From: Eledone cirrhosa
Lineage: Eukaryota
DNA length: 64,000 nt
Direction of reading: 5' to 3'
Assembly (NCBI GenBank): GCA_964016885.1
Contig: OZ024759.1
Location: forward strand, 11,842,001-11,906,000
In this document: positions 13,150 to 28,150 of the stretch, in pieces
Position numbering within the stretch: position 1 is the stretch's first letter
How the letters are laid out: each line of letters opens with the position of its first letter
Program-made: the position numbers and the translations under genes
Notes under the pieces: model-generated
What the model was told of the DNA's origin: nothing
The model's input: the letters and a program-made list of their open reading frames with translations, nothing else
Databases searched by the model: none

Positions 13150-15540
13150 AGGACAGTACAGCACAGGGCAGAACAGTACAGGACAGTACAGGGCAATACA
13201 GGACAGTACAGGGCAGTACAGGACAGTACAGGGCAATACAGGACAGTACAGGGCAGTACAGGACAGTACAGGGCAGTACAGGGCAGTACAGGACAGTACA
13301 GGGCAATACAGGACAGTACAGGACAGTACAGGGCAATACAGGACAGTACAGGGCAGTACAGGACAATACAGTACAGGACAATACAGGACAGGGCAATACA
13401 GGACAGTACAGGGCAGTACAGGACAATACAGGACAGTACAGGACAGTACAGGACAATACAGGACAGGGCAATACAGGACAGTACAGGACAATACAGGGCA
13501 ATACAGGACAGGGCAATACAGGACAGTACAGGGCAATACAGGGCAATACAGGACAGGGCAATACAGGACAGTACAGGGCAATACAGGACAGTACAGGGCA
13601 GTACAGGGCAGTACAGGACAGTACAGGACAGTACAGGGCAATACAGGACAGGACAGGACAGGGCAGTACAGGGCAGTACAGGACAGTACAGGACAGTACA
13701 GGGCAATACAGGACAGGGCAATACAGGACAGTACAGGGCAATACAGGACAGTACAGGGCAGTACAGGGCAGTACAGGACAGTACAGGACAGTACAGGGCA
13801 ATACAGGACAGGGCAGTACAGGACAGTACAGGACAATACAGGACAGTACAGGACAATACAGGGCAATACAGGACAGGGCAATACAGGACAGTACAGGACA
13901 ATACAGGACAGTACAGGACAGTACAGGACAGTACAGGACAATACAGGACAGGGCAATACAGGACAGTACAGGACAGTACAGGACAGTACAGGACAATACA
14001 GGACAGTACAGGACAGTACAGGACAGTACAGGGCAATACAGGACAGGGCAATACAGGACAGTACAGGACAATACAGGACAGTACAGGACAGGACAGTACA
14101 GGGCAGTACAGGGCAGTACAGGACAATACAGGACAGTACAGGACAATACAGGACAGGGCAATACAGGACAGTACAGGACAATACAGGACAGTACAGGGCA
14201 ATACAGGACAGTACAGGGCAATACAGGACAGTACAGGGCAATACAGGACAGTACAGGACAATACAGGACAGGGCAATACAGGACAGTACAGGACAATACA
14301 GGACAGTACAGGACAATACAGGACAGTACAGGACAATACAGGACAGTACAGGACAATACAGGACAGTACAGGACAGTACAGGACAATACAGGACAGTACA
14401 GGACAATACAGGACAGTACAGGGCAATACAGGACAGTACAGGGCAATACAGGACAGTACAGGGCAATACAGGACAGTACAGGACAGGGCAATACAGGACA
14501 GTACAGGGCAATACAGGACAGTACAGGACAGGGCAATACAGGACAGTACAGGGCAATACAGGACAGTACAGGGCAATACAGGACAGTACAGGACAATACA
14601 GGACAGTACAGGGCAATACAGGACAGTACAGGACAATACAGGACAGGGCAATACAGGACAGTACAGGACAATACAGGATAGTACAGGGCAATACAGGACA
14701 GTACAGGGCAATACAGGACAGTACAGGGCAATACAGGACAATACAGGACAGTACAGGGCAATACAGGACAGGACAGTACAGGGCAATACAGGACAGGACA
14801 GTACAGGGCAATACAGGACAGTACAGGGCAGTACAGAGCAATACAGGGCAATACAGGACAGTACAGGGCAATACAGGACAGGACAGTACAGGGCAATACA
14901 GGACAGTACAGGGCAATACAGGACAGTACAGGACAATACAGGACAGTACAGGACAATACAGGACAGTACAGGGCAATACAGGACAGTACAGGGCAATACA
15001 GGACAGTACAGGACAGTACAGGGCAATACAGGACAGTACAGGGCAATACAGGACAGTACAGGGCAATACAGGACAGTACAGGGCAATACAGGACAATACA
15101 GGACAGTACAGGGCAATACAGGACAGGACAGTACAGGGCAATACAGGACAGTACAGGGCAATACAGAGCAATACAGGGCAATACAGGACAGTACAGGACA
15201 GTACAGGACAGTACAGGACAATACAGTACAGTACAGTACAGTACATGACAATACAGGACAGTACAGTACAGTACATGACAGTACAGGGCAATACAGGACA
15301 GTACAGGGCAGTACAGGACAATACAGTACAGTACAGTACAGTACATGACAGTACAGGACAATACAGTACAGTACAGTACAGTACATGACAGTACAGGGCA
15401 ATACAGGACAGTACAGGGCAGTACAGGACAATACAGTACAGGACAGTACAGGGCAATACAGGACAGTACAGTACAGGACAATACAGTACAGTACAGTACA
15501 GTAAAGGACAGTACAGGGCAATACAGGACAGGACAGTACA
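13150..15540. repeat. 5/10-bp-based satellite (gtacaggaca/atacagggca)
   Basis: Tandem mosaic of pentamers. Confidence 0.96.
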
Positions 15541-15794
15541 TTATACACAAGAAAATAATGTGATTATACACAAGAAAATATTGTACATTCCTTATATCAA
15601 ATTTCTGGTGTTATACACAAGAAAATATTTTAGTCCAAGTCTATAAAATTTTAGGAATTATACACAAGAACATATTGAGGTCTCCTTTATATCAAAACTA
15701 GCCAAGTACCTGGAGAAATATTATCTTTATTTATTTTATATAAAACTACTTTAGTGTTAAGAGGCTTCTCTTGTCAGTCATTATAATGGTGATC

Positions 15795-16612
15795 CTTCTT
15801 TCTTTTCTCTTTTTCTTCTACTTCTTCATCTTTCTTTTTTCTTTTTCTTTTTCTTTTTCTTTTTCTTTTTCTTTTTCTTTTTCTGTTTCTTTTTCTTTTT
15901 CTTTTTCTTTTTCTTTTTCTTTTTCTTTTTCTTTTTCTTATTACGATTGTTATTATTATTATCGTTCTTCTTCTTCTTCTTCTTACCCATCCACCTTCTC
16001 CCAGCTCACCATCCACCCTCTCCCAGCTCACCATCCACTCTCTCCCAGCTCACCATCCACCCTCTCCCAGCTCACCATCCACCCTCTCCCACCTCACCAT
16101 CCACCCTCTCCCACCTCACCATCCACCCTCTCCCACCTCACCATCCACCCTCTCCCAGCTCACCATCCACCTCCTCCCAGCTCACCATCCACTCTCTCCC
16201 ACCTCACCCTCTCCCAGCTCACCATCCACCCCCTCCCAGCTCACCATCCACCCCCTCCCAGCTCACTATCCACCCTCTCCCAGCTCACCATCCACCTCCT
16301 CCCAGCTCACCATCCACTCTCTCCCACCTCACCCTCTCCCAGCTCACCATCCACCCTCTCCCAGCTCACCATCCACCCCCTCCCATCTCACCATCCACCC
16401 TCTCCCACCTCACCATCCACCCTCTCCCACCTCACCATCCACCCTCTCCCAGCTCACCATCCGCCCTCTCCCACCTCACCATCCACCCTCTCCCACCTCA
16501 CCATCCACCCCCTCCCAGCTCACCATCCACCCCCTCCCAGCTCACCATCCACCCCCTCCCAGCTCACCATCCACCCTCTCCCAGCTCACCATCCACCACC
16601 TCCCCTTCCACC
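15795..16612. repeat. (TTTTTC)n, (TTC)n, then 22-bp minisatellite (ccatccaccctctcccagctca)
   Basis: Direct tandem repeats. Confidence 0.93.
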
Positions 16613-16747
16613 TCATCATCTCAGTGACAGACATCATCTTAATATAAAGTAGCTGATAGAAAATAAAATCTCAAGTGGCTGCTGAAGTATCTAGGATGGC
16701 TCTTTACCTTATACAGCAGCAACATGATGATCAGTTTTTATTTGGTC

Positions 16748-17625
16748 ATTGTCTATGTCATTAACCCTTCCATTACCATATTTCTAATGAAAGACACTGT
16801 CTATGTCATTAACCCTTTCATTACCATATTTCTAATAAAAGACACTCTATGTCATTAACCCTTCCATTACCATATTTCTAATGAAAGACACTGTCTATGT
16901 CATTAACCCTTTCATTACCATATTTCTAATGAAATACACTGTCTATGTCATTAACCCTTTCATTACCATATTTCTAATGAAAGACACTGTCTATGTCATT
17001 AACCCTTTCATTACCATATTTCTAATGAAAGACACTGTCTATGTCATTAACCCTTTCATTACCATATTTCTAATGAAAGACACTGTCTCTGTCATTAACC
17101 CTTTCATTACCATATATCTAATGAAAGACACTATCTATGTCATTAACCATTTCATTACCATATTTCTAATGAAAGACACTATGTCATTAACCCTTTCATC
17201 ACCATATTTCTAATGAAAGACACTATCTATGTCATTAACCATTTCATTACTATATTTCTAATGAAAGACACTGTCTATGTCATTAACCCTTTCATTACCA
17301 TATTTCTAATGAAAGACACTGTCTATGTCATTAACCCTTTCATTACCATATTTCTAATGAAAGACACTGTCTATGTCATTAACCCTTCCATTACCATATA
17401 TCTAATGAAAGACACTGTCTATGTCATTAACCCTTTCATTACCATATTTCTAATGAAAGACACTGTCTATGTCATTAACCCTTTCATTACCATATTTCTA
17501 ATGAAAGACACTGTCTATGTCATTAACCCTTTCATTACCATATTTCTAATGAAAGACACTGTCTATGTCTTTAACCCTTTCATTAACATATATCTAAGGA
17601 AAGACAGTCTATGTCATTAACCCTA
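16748..17625. repeat. 48-bp minisatellite derived from a TTAA-MITE terminus
   Basis: Unit ttaaccctttcattaccatatttctaatgaaagacactgtctatgtca, about 18 copies. Confidence 0.93.
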
Positions 17626-17851
17626 TGTTCATTTACCCCCGAAATAATACTTTAAAGAAACCTTTATTCTAATTACAGCTTTCTGTTGTACCCTTTATAT
17701 TGCAGCATCAATATATTTGAAGTGAAAGAAGGTTTTGTTTTGTTTTGTTATTTAGCTTTCTTATGCTTCCTTAAATCCTTTCCTTATCCCACCCACCCCT
17801 GGGGTTTATATCCCTATAACAGTTATAACTAACCTATAACTCCTGCCCCTG

Positions 17852-17909
<58 letters not shown>

Positions 17910-18040
17910 ATATATATATATATATATACATTGCTAAAACTAATGCCAAGCAAGCCGCAAAAGAAAAAAGATGGAAACTCAACTCTGCATTAAACAGTCA
18001 TTTCTAATAATGGTGAAATTTATTTATTTTTGTATTATTT

Positions 18041-18493
18041 TCATCATCACCATCATCAATATCATCACCACCACCATCATCATCATCACCACCACCACCA
18101 TCACCATCATCACCACCACCATCACCATCATCACCATCACCATCACCACCATCACCATCACCATCACCACCACCACCACCACCATCACCATCACCACCAT
18201 CACCATCATCACCACCACCACCACCATCACCATCACCACCATCACCATCACCATCACCACCACCACCACCACCATCACCATCACCACCATCACCACCATC
18301 ACCACCATCATCACCATCACCATATCTCTATCCTAATTAAATACTTAACAACACATAATACTAATTAGCTTCCCATTACTAATTCACTAACATTAACATT
18401 TTAAGCAATATAACATTTTAAATGTTTTAATTAGACATTTATATCTATATATATTTATATCTATATATATATATATCTATATATATTTATATC

Positions 18494-18524
<31 letters not shown>

Positions 18525-18717
18525 GTATATATATATATCTATATATATATGTATATATTTATATCTATATATATATGTATATATTTATATCTATATATAT
18601 ATGTATATATTTATATCTATATATATATGTATATATTTATATCTATATATATATGTATATATTTATATATATATATATATGTATATATTTATATCTATAT
18701 ATATATATATTTATATA

Positions 18718-18766
<49 letters not shown>

Positions 18767-18869
18767 GTATATATTTATATGTATATATATATATATTTAT
18801 ATGTATATATATGTATATATTTATATGTATATATATGTATATATTTATATGTATATATATGTATATATT

Positions 18870-18900
<31 letters not shown>

Positions 18901-18918
18901 GTATATATATATATATAT

Positions 18919-18970
<52 letters not shown>

Positions 18971-19049
18971 GTATATATATATATGTATATATTTATTTAT
19001 ATATATATATATATATATGTATATATTTATATATATATATGTATATATT

Positions 19050-19108
<59 letters not shown>

Positions 19109-19223
19109 TTATATCTATATATATATGTATATATTTATATATATATATATATATGTATATATCTATATGTATATATATATATATATGTATATATTTATAT
19201 ATATATATATATATGTATATATC

Positions 19224-19300
<77 letters not shown>

Positions 19301-19325
19301 TTATATATATATATATGTATATATT
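18041..19325. repeat. (CAC/CAT)n followed by AT-rich microsatellite
   Basis: Low complexity. Confidence 0.95.
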
Positions 19326-19499
19326 TCATGCATTACATTTTACATTGAGTAATATTGAAATGCAGAGTTTGTCTCCATAAATTATATCACTGATTTAAAA
19401 TCAATCATCATTTTCTTACAAAAAAAAAAAATGTGTGAAATGCAGCAAGGAGCGGGTAATTCGGCTAGTAATAAATAAAACCATTAATTTATATATAAT

Positions 19500-20107
19500 A
19501 ATTGTTTCTACTTTAGGCACAAGGCCAGCAATTACCCAGTTCATTACTGGTACTTTATTTTATCGACCCCTTTATTTATATATAATAATTGTTTCTACAT
19601 TAGGCACAAGGCCAGCAATTACCAAGATATATAATAATGTTGGATGGTCAGTATTGGTAGAGGGTCGGATGCCATGCTTTGACGTATAGAGTTACGGCCC
19701 TTGCCATTCTGAGTTCAAATCCCGCCAAGGTTAACTTTGCCTTTCATCCTTACGGGGTCGATAAAATAAAGTACCAGTAATGCACTGGGTAATTGCTGGC
19801 CTTGTGCCTAACGTAGAAACAATTAATTTATATATAATAAATAATATAATATATACTAGGTATAAATTAATATATATTTTTTTATTTTCCAATATTTATA
19901 GATAGAGACATAGATAGATGGACAGAGAGACAGAGAGACAGAGAGACAGATAGACAGACAGACAGACAGATGGATAAACTGACTAACAGACAGATGGATA
20001 GGTAGACTACAAATGCTCAGGTGCACTACAACTCATCAAAGGTGCATGTATAGTACATAGAATAATGTACAAATGTCAGGAAAATGAACAGTGTATGAGT
20101 CATGATA

Positions 20108-20139
<32 letters not shown>

Positions 20140-20380
20140 AAATACTGTACACAATATTTCATTATTATTATTATTATTATTATTAAAGGCGGTGGATTGT
20201 CAGTATCGGTAGAGGGTCGGACGCCATGCTTTGACGCAAAGAGTTACGGCCCTTTCCATTCTGAGTTCAAATCCCGCCGAGGTTAACTTTGCCTTTCATC
20301 CTTACAGGGTCGATAAAATAAAGTACCAGTAATACACTGGGTAATTGCTGGCCTTGTGCCAAAAGTAGAAACAATTATTA
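19500..20380. mobile_element. Cluster of family N SINEs and a CR1-like 3' tail fragment
   Basis: N consensus at 19500-19570(-), 19640-19830 and 20188-20380; LINE tail at 20010-20105(-). Confidence 0.8.
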
Positions 20381-20755
20381 TTATTATTATTATTATTATT
20401 ATAGCATCACTCATACACTGTTCATTTTCCTGACATTTTTACATTATTCTATGTACTATACATGCACCTTTGATGAGTTGTAGTGCACCTGAGCACTGTA
20501 CACAATAATTTCATTATTATTATTATTATTATATTATAGATAGACAGACAGATATATAGCTGGGTATATAGATACAAGCTGATCTTTATATCCAACAAGA
20601 GGTGGGAGAAGTTGACAGTGTTGGTTCTTGAATTCTGCAAATGTTTATTAAACATGACATTATTCAAATTTTCATTCTCCTCACGATATTATCTAAGATT
20701 TCTTATCTTCTTATATCAGAAAACTTTCATTTAAATACACTTTTTTTAAATACAA

Positions 20756-20800
<45 letters not shown>

Positions 20801-20802
<2 letters not shown>

Positions 20803-21142
20803 GAGGCACATGGCTTAGTGATTAGAGCATTGGCCTTGCAATCGAAAGGTTGTGAGTTCAATTCTCAGACCGGGTGATGTGTTGTTTCCTTGAGCAAGAC
20901 ACTTTATTTCACATTGCTCCAGTTTACTCAGCTGTAGAAATGAGATGATAGGGACTGGGGTCCATATCATTCCACTGCAAAGTGGTCGTGGAGGTGCCAC
21001 GGCAAAAAAAGCACCCAGCACTCACTGTAAATGAGGTTGGTGTTAGGAAGGGCATCCAGCTGTAGAAATCAAGCCAGAATCAGTTCCCGTCCCACCCTTG
21101 CAAGCAGGGAAAAGTGGATGTAAAATGAAATGATGATGATGA

Positions 21143-21145
<3 letters not shown>
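20801..21145 (+). mobile_element. SINE family M, full length
   Basis: Near-identical to 4516-4858. Confidence 0.9.
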
Positions 21146-21191
<46 letters not shown>

Positions 21192-21793
21192 AATGAAAGA
21201 TGGCGTGCTGTGTTGGTGCAAATGTGATATACAAATTAAAATGAAAAATTAGAAATAGAAGCCAGGACTATCCATCATCAATGGTCTACTAGCCATCATA
21301 GGTATTTCTTCGCATTAAAGACCAGATACCTCAGATTAGCACAATGCAATAACTAAAATAAGTTATTGGGATAAAAAGAATTGGGTGGAGAAAGAGAGGC
21401 AGGTAAACAAACAGGAATGGTGAGGCAACGTAAAGACAGGAAAACATGAGAAAATCAAGTCAATGATACATTTGAACATAAGAACTTGTGAATATTGACG
21501 AGAAGACGAGTGACACATCTTAACCGTGCGAAAGTAAGCGAGGAAAGAATTTTGCACGGTGTGGGACGATGGAGGAAGTGAGAGAGAGGGTGAGTAGCAG
21601 AGAGTGAGTGAGTGAAAGTGTGGGGAAGAAGCTAGCTGAGAGAGGTTGGCTAGCAGAGGGGGTGAATGAAAGTAAGAGGGAGAAGGAGAGAGAAAGAGGA
21701 TAACAGTAAGGGAAGAGAAAAAGACAGGTCACAGCGAAGGGGAAAGCATATAAGAATGAAAATGGCTTCTATTTCTAATTCTTCATTTTAATT

Positions 21794-21830
<37 letters not shown>

Positions 21831-21944
21831 CACAAAACGCCACAACCAACAGATGTCAACATGAATGGACCTGTTATTTTTATCTAAAGACATTTTACAA
21901 TTCCAACCTGCCCGTCCCCTCAATCTTTCTTATTTCCCATTCTT

Positions 21945-21980
21945 TCTTCTGATGAAGGACTAGCGTCCGAAACGTTAAGA
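21945..21980 (+). ncRNA. Minimal hammerhead (Penelope type)
   Basis: tctt-CTGATGA-A-GGAC-tagc-GTCC-GAAA-CGTT-aaga; stem I tctt/aaga; palindromic ACGT stem III. Confidence 0.72.
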
Positions 21981-22064
21981 CCCTCTTCCTGCTATATCAA
22001 GCGTTAACCTAATATATCCCTTCCATATACTGTACCGATTGTGTTGTTATTTCTGTTTACCTTT

Positions 22065-22119
<55 letters not shown>

Positions 22120-22130
22120 TTATATATATT

Positions 22131-22161
<31 letters not shown>

Positions 22162-22169
22162 TTATATAA

Positions 22170-22590
22170 ATATGAAACCTGGGCTCTGTCTGTAGAAGAC
22201 TTGTGCAGATTAGAAAGAAACAAAGCCTGCATACTCCAATGGATGTGTAATAGTAATATACGCGAACAGCAAAGTATAAATGAATTGAGAGAGAGACTGA
22301 GCATAAGAGGAATCAAATGCTGTGTGCAGGAGAGGTGGTTACGCTGGTATGGACATGTGATGCGTATGAAGGATGACAGCTGCATAAAAAGGTGCAGAGC
22401 ACTAGAAGTCAATCGAAGCCATGGAGTGGGGAGACCCAAGAAGACCTGGGATGAGGTGATAAAGGCCAGGCTGACCTTACCCAATTGCACCTCTCAAGAG
22501 CAATGACACACGACCGTGACCTCTGGCGCCACGCAGTAATACAGAAGACCCAACCCCCCACAGGAACAAGCCGAAGCTGAAGCATATAGA
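22170..22590 (+). mobile_element. RTE-clade LINE 3' fragment
   Basis: ETWAL...LRWYGHVMRM...GRPKKTWDEVI. Confidence 0.85.
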
Positions 22591-23109
22591 CAGTATGACC
22601 CCACTCCCTCCCACTGTAAAGTGGATGTGGAGGTGCCACGGCAAAAAAGCACCCAGCACTCACTGTAAATGAGGTTGGTGGTAGGAAGGGCATCCAGCTG
22701 TAGAAATCAAGCCAGAATCAGTTCCTGTATGAGCAAGACAAGGTCAGCCGACTGGACACTGCTCACAACAGGACAACCAGTCTAACCCATGCTAGCATGG
22801 AAGAATAGACGTAAAATGATGATGATGACGATGATGATGATATATATATTAATCAGTTGTTGAAAGTTGGTTGATCAAATAATCTGACTTTTTCGTAAAC
22901 AGATGTAAACCACTCTACCGTTTGTATTCCTTAGGATTTTCTCTGTAAGGAATCACCCGGAGTTTTAGTATATTAAATAAGGGACATGGTTTTATCTTCA
23001 TTTTATTACAAGAAAATGAAGATATTATAATAAACCCATCTCTCTTATTATTATATATATAATATATATATATTATATATATATAGTATATTACATTATA
23101 TAATATGTA

Positions 23110-23140
<31 letters not shown>

Positions 23141-24533
23141 GTATGTATGTGTGTATATATATATATATGTATGTGTATATGTGTATATATATATGTGTGT
23201 GCGGGTATGTAGATGTGTAGATATTTGTGTATGCATATATATAATATATATATATATATATATACGTATGTATGTGTATATATATATATATATGTATGTG
23301 TATGGGTATATGTGTGTATATTTATGTGTGTGCGTGTATGTAGATATGTAGATATTTGTGTATGCATATATATAATATATATATATCATATAACATATAT
23401 ATCACATGATATATATACACATGGTATATTATATTATATAATATGTAGTGTGTGTGTTTATATATATATATATATATGTGTATGTGTGTTTATATATATG
23501 TGAGTTTGTGTATGTAGATGTGTATATACTTGTGTATGTATATAATATATATGTGTATCATATAATATATATATATATTACATGATATATACACACATAT
23601 ATATCCATAGTTACTGCTGCTTTTAGCTGTTGGTTTTATTGCGTGATGGTGTTCCATATATTTATCTGTTGGTTTTAACATGGACATCTATTCCCTTTGA
23701 ACATCTATTCTCTTTGAACTTTTATTCCTTTCTTCTCTTTCAACAATTTTGTTCTTTCAGTATTTATGAATGAACGTAAAAATTCATTCAGGTTTATTCT
23801 CCGAAAAGGAAATACTTCAATAATTTCTCCCTCCCCCCCCCCCCATATCCTACAGAGTAATCTCCCCCTAGAAATTATACATAACTTAGCTCCATCGCCT
23901 CACCGAGAGATTTAGAGTTTTGACAAAATATATAAAAAATGTTCTTTTGAGATTGTGTTTGAGTGCTCAATCTCAAAAATATGGCTATTGCATTTTATAT
24001 ATAACCCTAACCTCATGTGTGTGTGTGTGTGTGTTTGTGTATACACACACACACATATATATACATATATATATATATGGAAAGTTATATTTAAATTGTT
24101 GGGTTAACAACTAGTAAATATTTATAACTGATATAAAAGCACTCAACAAGTATTTGGAGATGATATTAAATCAACCTCCCAAATGCAAGGTGATTGAAAG
24201 GTATGTCGTATCTATTTATTTATAAGACTGTTTATATTGTATTTTGTCTGAAGAAGGCATAACATATTGTTAATATGATATCCCTGAAATATATATATAT
24301 ATATATTTACTTGTTGTAACCCAACAATTTTATATAAAACTTTTGCATATATATATATATATATATAGTGAAAATTGATACATATATATATATATATATA
24401 CATACAAATGTGAGGAATATTTCTCTCTGAAATATGTATTTAGTATATATATAATATATTGTGTGTTCTCTACAATATATGATTCTTTCTCTCTATATAT
24501 ACATATATATCTTTTACATATATATATATATAT

Positions 24534-24870
24534 CATCATCATCATCATTTTACGTCCGCTTTTCCCTGCTTGCAAGGGTGGGACGGGAACTGATTCTGGC
24601 TTGATTTCTACAGCTGGATGCCCTTCCTAACACCAACTTCATTTACAGTGAGTGCTGGGTGCTTTTTTGCCGTGGCACCTCCACGACTACTTTACAGTGG
24701 AATGATAGGGACCCCAGTCCCTATCATCTCATTTCTACAGCTGAGTAAACTGGAGCAATGTGAAATAAAGTGTCTTGCTCAAGGAAACAACACATCACCC
24801 GGTCTGAGAATTGAACTCACAACCTTTTGATTGCAAGCCCAATGCTCTAGCCACTAAGCCATGTGCCTTC
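24534..24870 (-). mobile_element. SINE family M, full length
   Basis: Reverse complement of the 4516 consensus. Confidence 0.9.
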
Positions 24871-25039
<169 letters not shown>

Positions 25040-25483
25040 TTTATATATATAAATCAAATGTAAAAAGATATATGTATATATATAGAGAGAAAGGACGATA
25101 TACCTGTGAGAATACACAATATATTATATATATATATATACTAAATACATATTTCAGAGAACTGTTTTCTTCAAATGAAACAGTTATAGTCCTGTAGAAC
25201 CCATTTCTATATTAAATATTGTATATTCTCTACTGTGTATTGAGTACCGTACTTACTGTGGTTATCCCCGATTGAAATACAACTCAATATGAAGTTTTAA
25301 CTCAATGAAACATATTTTGTGTGACACTTAAACGATAATGCTTCTGTAAGACAATAGTATAACGTGGTTTAAGGAAGATTTACTTTCTATTTCTAGTAAG
25401 ATCATGGCCCAGAAATCCTTATTCATTGTTTATTGGTGAAAGAGACAATATTTTCTATTATAACCCATCCATGTTACCTTCAC

Positions 25484-28150
25484 CCTTCCATTGACACTAT
25501 CTCCCAGTCCTTCCATTGTCACTATCTCCCTGTCCTTCCATTGTCACTATCTCCCTGTCCTTCCATTGACACTATCTCCCAGTCCTTCCATTGACACTAT
25601 CTCCCTGTCCTTCCATTGTCACTATCTCCCTGTCCTTCCATTGACACTATCTCCCAGTCCTTCCATTGACACTATCTCCCTGTCCTTCCATTGACACTAT
25701 CTCCCTGTCCTTCCATTGACACTATCTCCCTGTCCTTCCATTGACACTATCTCCCAGTCCTTCCATTGACACTATCTCCCAGTCCTTCCATTGACACTAT
25801 CTCCCTGTCCTTCCATTGACACTATCTCCCTGTCCTTCCATTGACACTATCTCCCTGTCCTTCCATTGACACTATCTCCCAGTCCTTCCATTGACACTAT
25901 CTCCCAGTCCTTCCATTGTCACTATCTCCCTGTCCTTCCATTGTCGCTATCTCCCTGTCCTTCCATTGTCACTATCTCCCAGTCCTTCCATTGTCACTAT
26001 CTCCCAGTCCTTCCATTGTCACTATCTCCCTGTCCTTCCATTGTCACTATCTCCCTGTCCTTCCATTGTCACTATCTCCCTGTCCTTCCATTGACACTAT
26101 CTCCCAGTCCTTCCATTGACACTATCTCCCTGTCCTTCCATTGACACTATCTCCCAGTCCTTCCATTGACACTATCTCCCAGTCCTTCCATTGACACTAT
26201 CTCCCAGTCCTTCCATTGTCACTATCTCCCAGTCCTTCCATTGTCACTATCTCCCAGTCCTTCCATTGACACTATCTCCCTGTCCTTCCATTGACACTAT
26301 CTCCCAGTCCTTCCATTGACACTATCTCCCTGTCCTTCCATTGTCACTATCTCCCAGTCCTTCCATTGTCACTATCTCCCAGTCCTTCCATTGTCACTAT
26401 CTCCCAGTCCTTCCATTGACACTATCTCCCAGTCCTTCCATTGTCACTATCTCCCTGTCCTTCCATTGACACTATCTCCCTGTCCTTCCATTGTCACTAT
26501 CTCCCAGTCCTTCCATTGTCACTATCTCCCTGTCCTTCCATTGTCACTATCTCCCAGTCCTTCCATTGTCACTATCTCCCTGTCCTTCCATTGACACTAT
26601 CTCCCAGTCCTTCCATTGTCACTATCTCCCAGTCCTTCCATTGTCACTATCTCCCTGTCCTTCCATTGTCACTATCTCCCAGTCCTTCCATTGTCACTAT
26701 CTCCCTGTCCTTCCATTGACACTATCTCCCTGTCCTTCCATTGTCACTATCTCCCAGTCCTTCCATTGTCACTATCTCCCAGTCCTTCCATTGACACTAT
26801 CTCCCAGTCCTTCCATTGTCACTATCTCCCAGTCCTTCCATTGTCACTATCTCCCTGTCCTTCCATTGTCACTATCTCCCTGTCCTTCCATTGACACTAT
26901 CTCCCTGTCCTTCCATTGTCACTATCTCCCAGTCCTTCCATTGACACTATCTCCCAGTCCTTCCATTGACACTATCTCCCTGTCCTTCCATTGTCACTAT
27001 CTCCCAGTCCTTCCATTGTCACTATCTCCCAGTCCTTCCATTGTCACTATCTCCCAGTCCTTCCATTGTCACTATCTCCCAGTCCTTCCATTGTCACTAT
27101 CTCCCTGTCCTTCCATTGTCACTATCTCCCTGTCCTTCCATTGACACTATCTCCCTGTCCTTCCATTGTCACTATCTCCCAGTCCTTCCATTGACACTAT
27201 CTCCCAGTCCTTCCATTGACACTATCTCCCTGTCCTTCCATTGTCACTATCTCCCAGTCCTTCCATTGTCACTATCTCCCAGTCCTTCCATTGTCACTAT
27301 CTCCCAGTCCTTCCATTGTCACTATCTCCCAGTCCTTCCATTGTCACTATCTCCCTGTCCTTCCATTGTCACTATCTCCCTGTCCTTCCATTGACACTAT
27401 CTCCCTGTCCTTCCATTGTCACTATCTCCCAGTCCTTCCATTGACACTATCTCCCTGTCCTTCCATTGACACTATCTCCCTGTCCTTCCATTGTCACTAT
27501 CTCCCAGTCCTTCCATTGTCACTATCTCCCAGTCCTTCCATTGTCACTATCTCCCTGTCCTTCCATTGTCACTATCTCCCTGTCCTTCCATTGACACTAT
27601 CTCCCTGTCCTTCCATTGTCACTATCTCCCAGTCCTTCCATTGACACTATCTCCCAGTCCTTCCATTGACACTATCTCCCTGTCCTTCCATTGTCACTAT
27701 CTCCCAGTCCTTCCATTGTCACTATCTCCCAGTCCTTCCATTGTCACTATCTCCCTGTCCTTCCATTGTCACTATCTCCCTGTCCTTCCATTGACACTAT
27801 CTCCCTGTCCTTCCATTGACACTATCTCCCAGTCCTTCCATTGTCGCTATCTCCCAGTCCTTCCATTGACACTATCTCCCTGTCCTTCCATTGTCACTAT
27901 CTCCCAGTCCTTCCATTGTCACTATCTCCCAGTCCTTCCATTGTCACTATCTCCCAGTCCTTCCATTGTCACTATCTCCCTGTCCTTCCATTGTCACTAT
28001 CTCCCAGTCCTTCCATTGTCGCTATCTCCCAGTCCTTCCATTGACACTATCTCCCACCCCTCCATTGACACTATCTCCCACCCCTCCATTGACACTATCT
28101 CCCACCCCTCCATTGACACTATCTCCCAGTCCTTCCATTGTCACTATCTC
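25484..28150. repeat. 25-bp minisatellite (ccttccattg[t/a]cactatctccc[a/t]gt), about 105 units
   Basis: Tandem repeat with two biallelic positions. Confidence 0.97.

Noticed and set aside
10909-15571. Long His/Cys/Asp-rich and Cys-rich ORFs
   Set aside because: Satellite translations on both strands with no exon context
18030-18368. Poly-histidine ORF
   Set aside because: (CAC/CAT)n microsatellite
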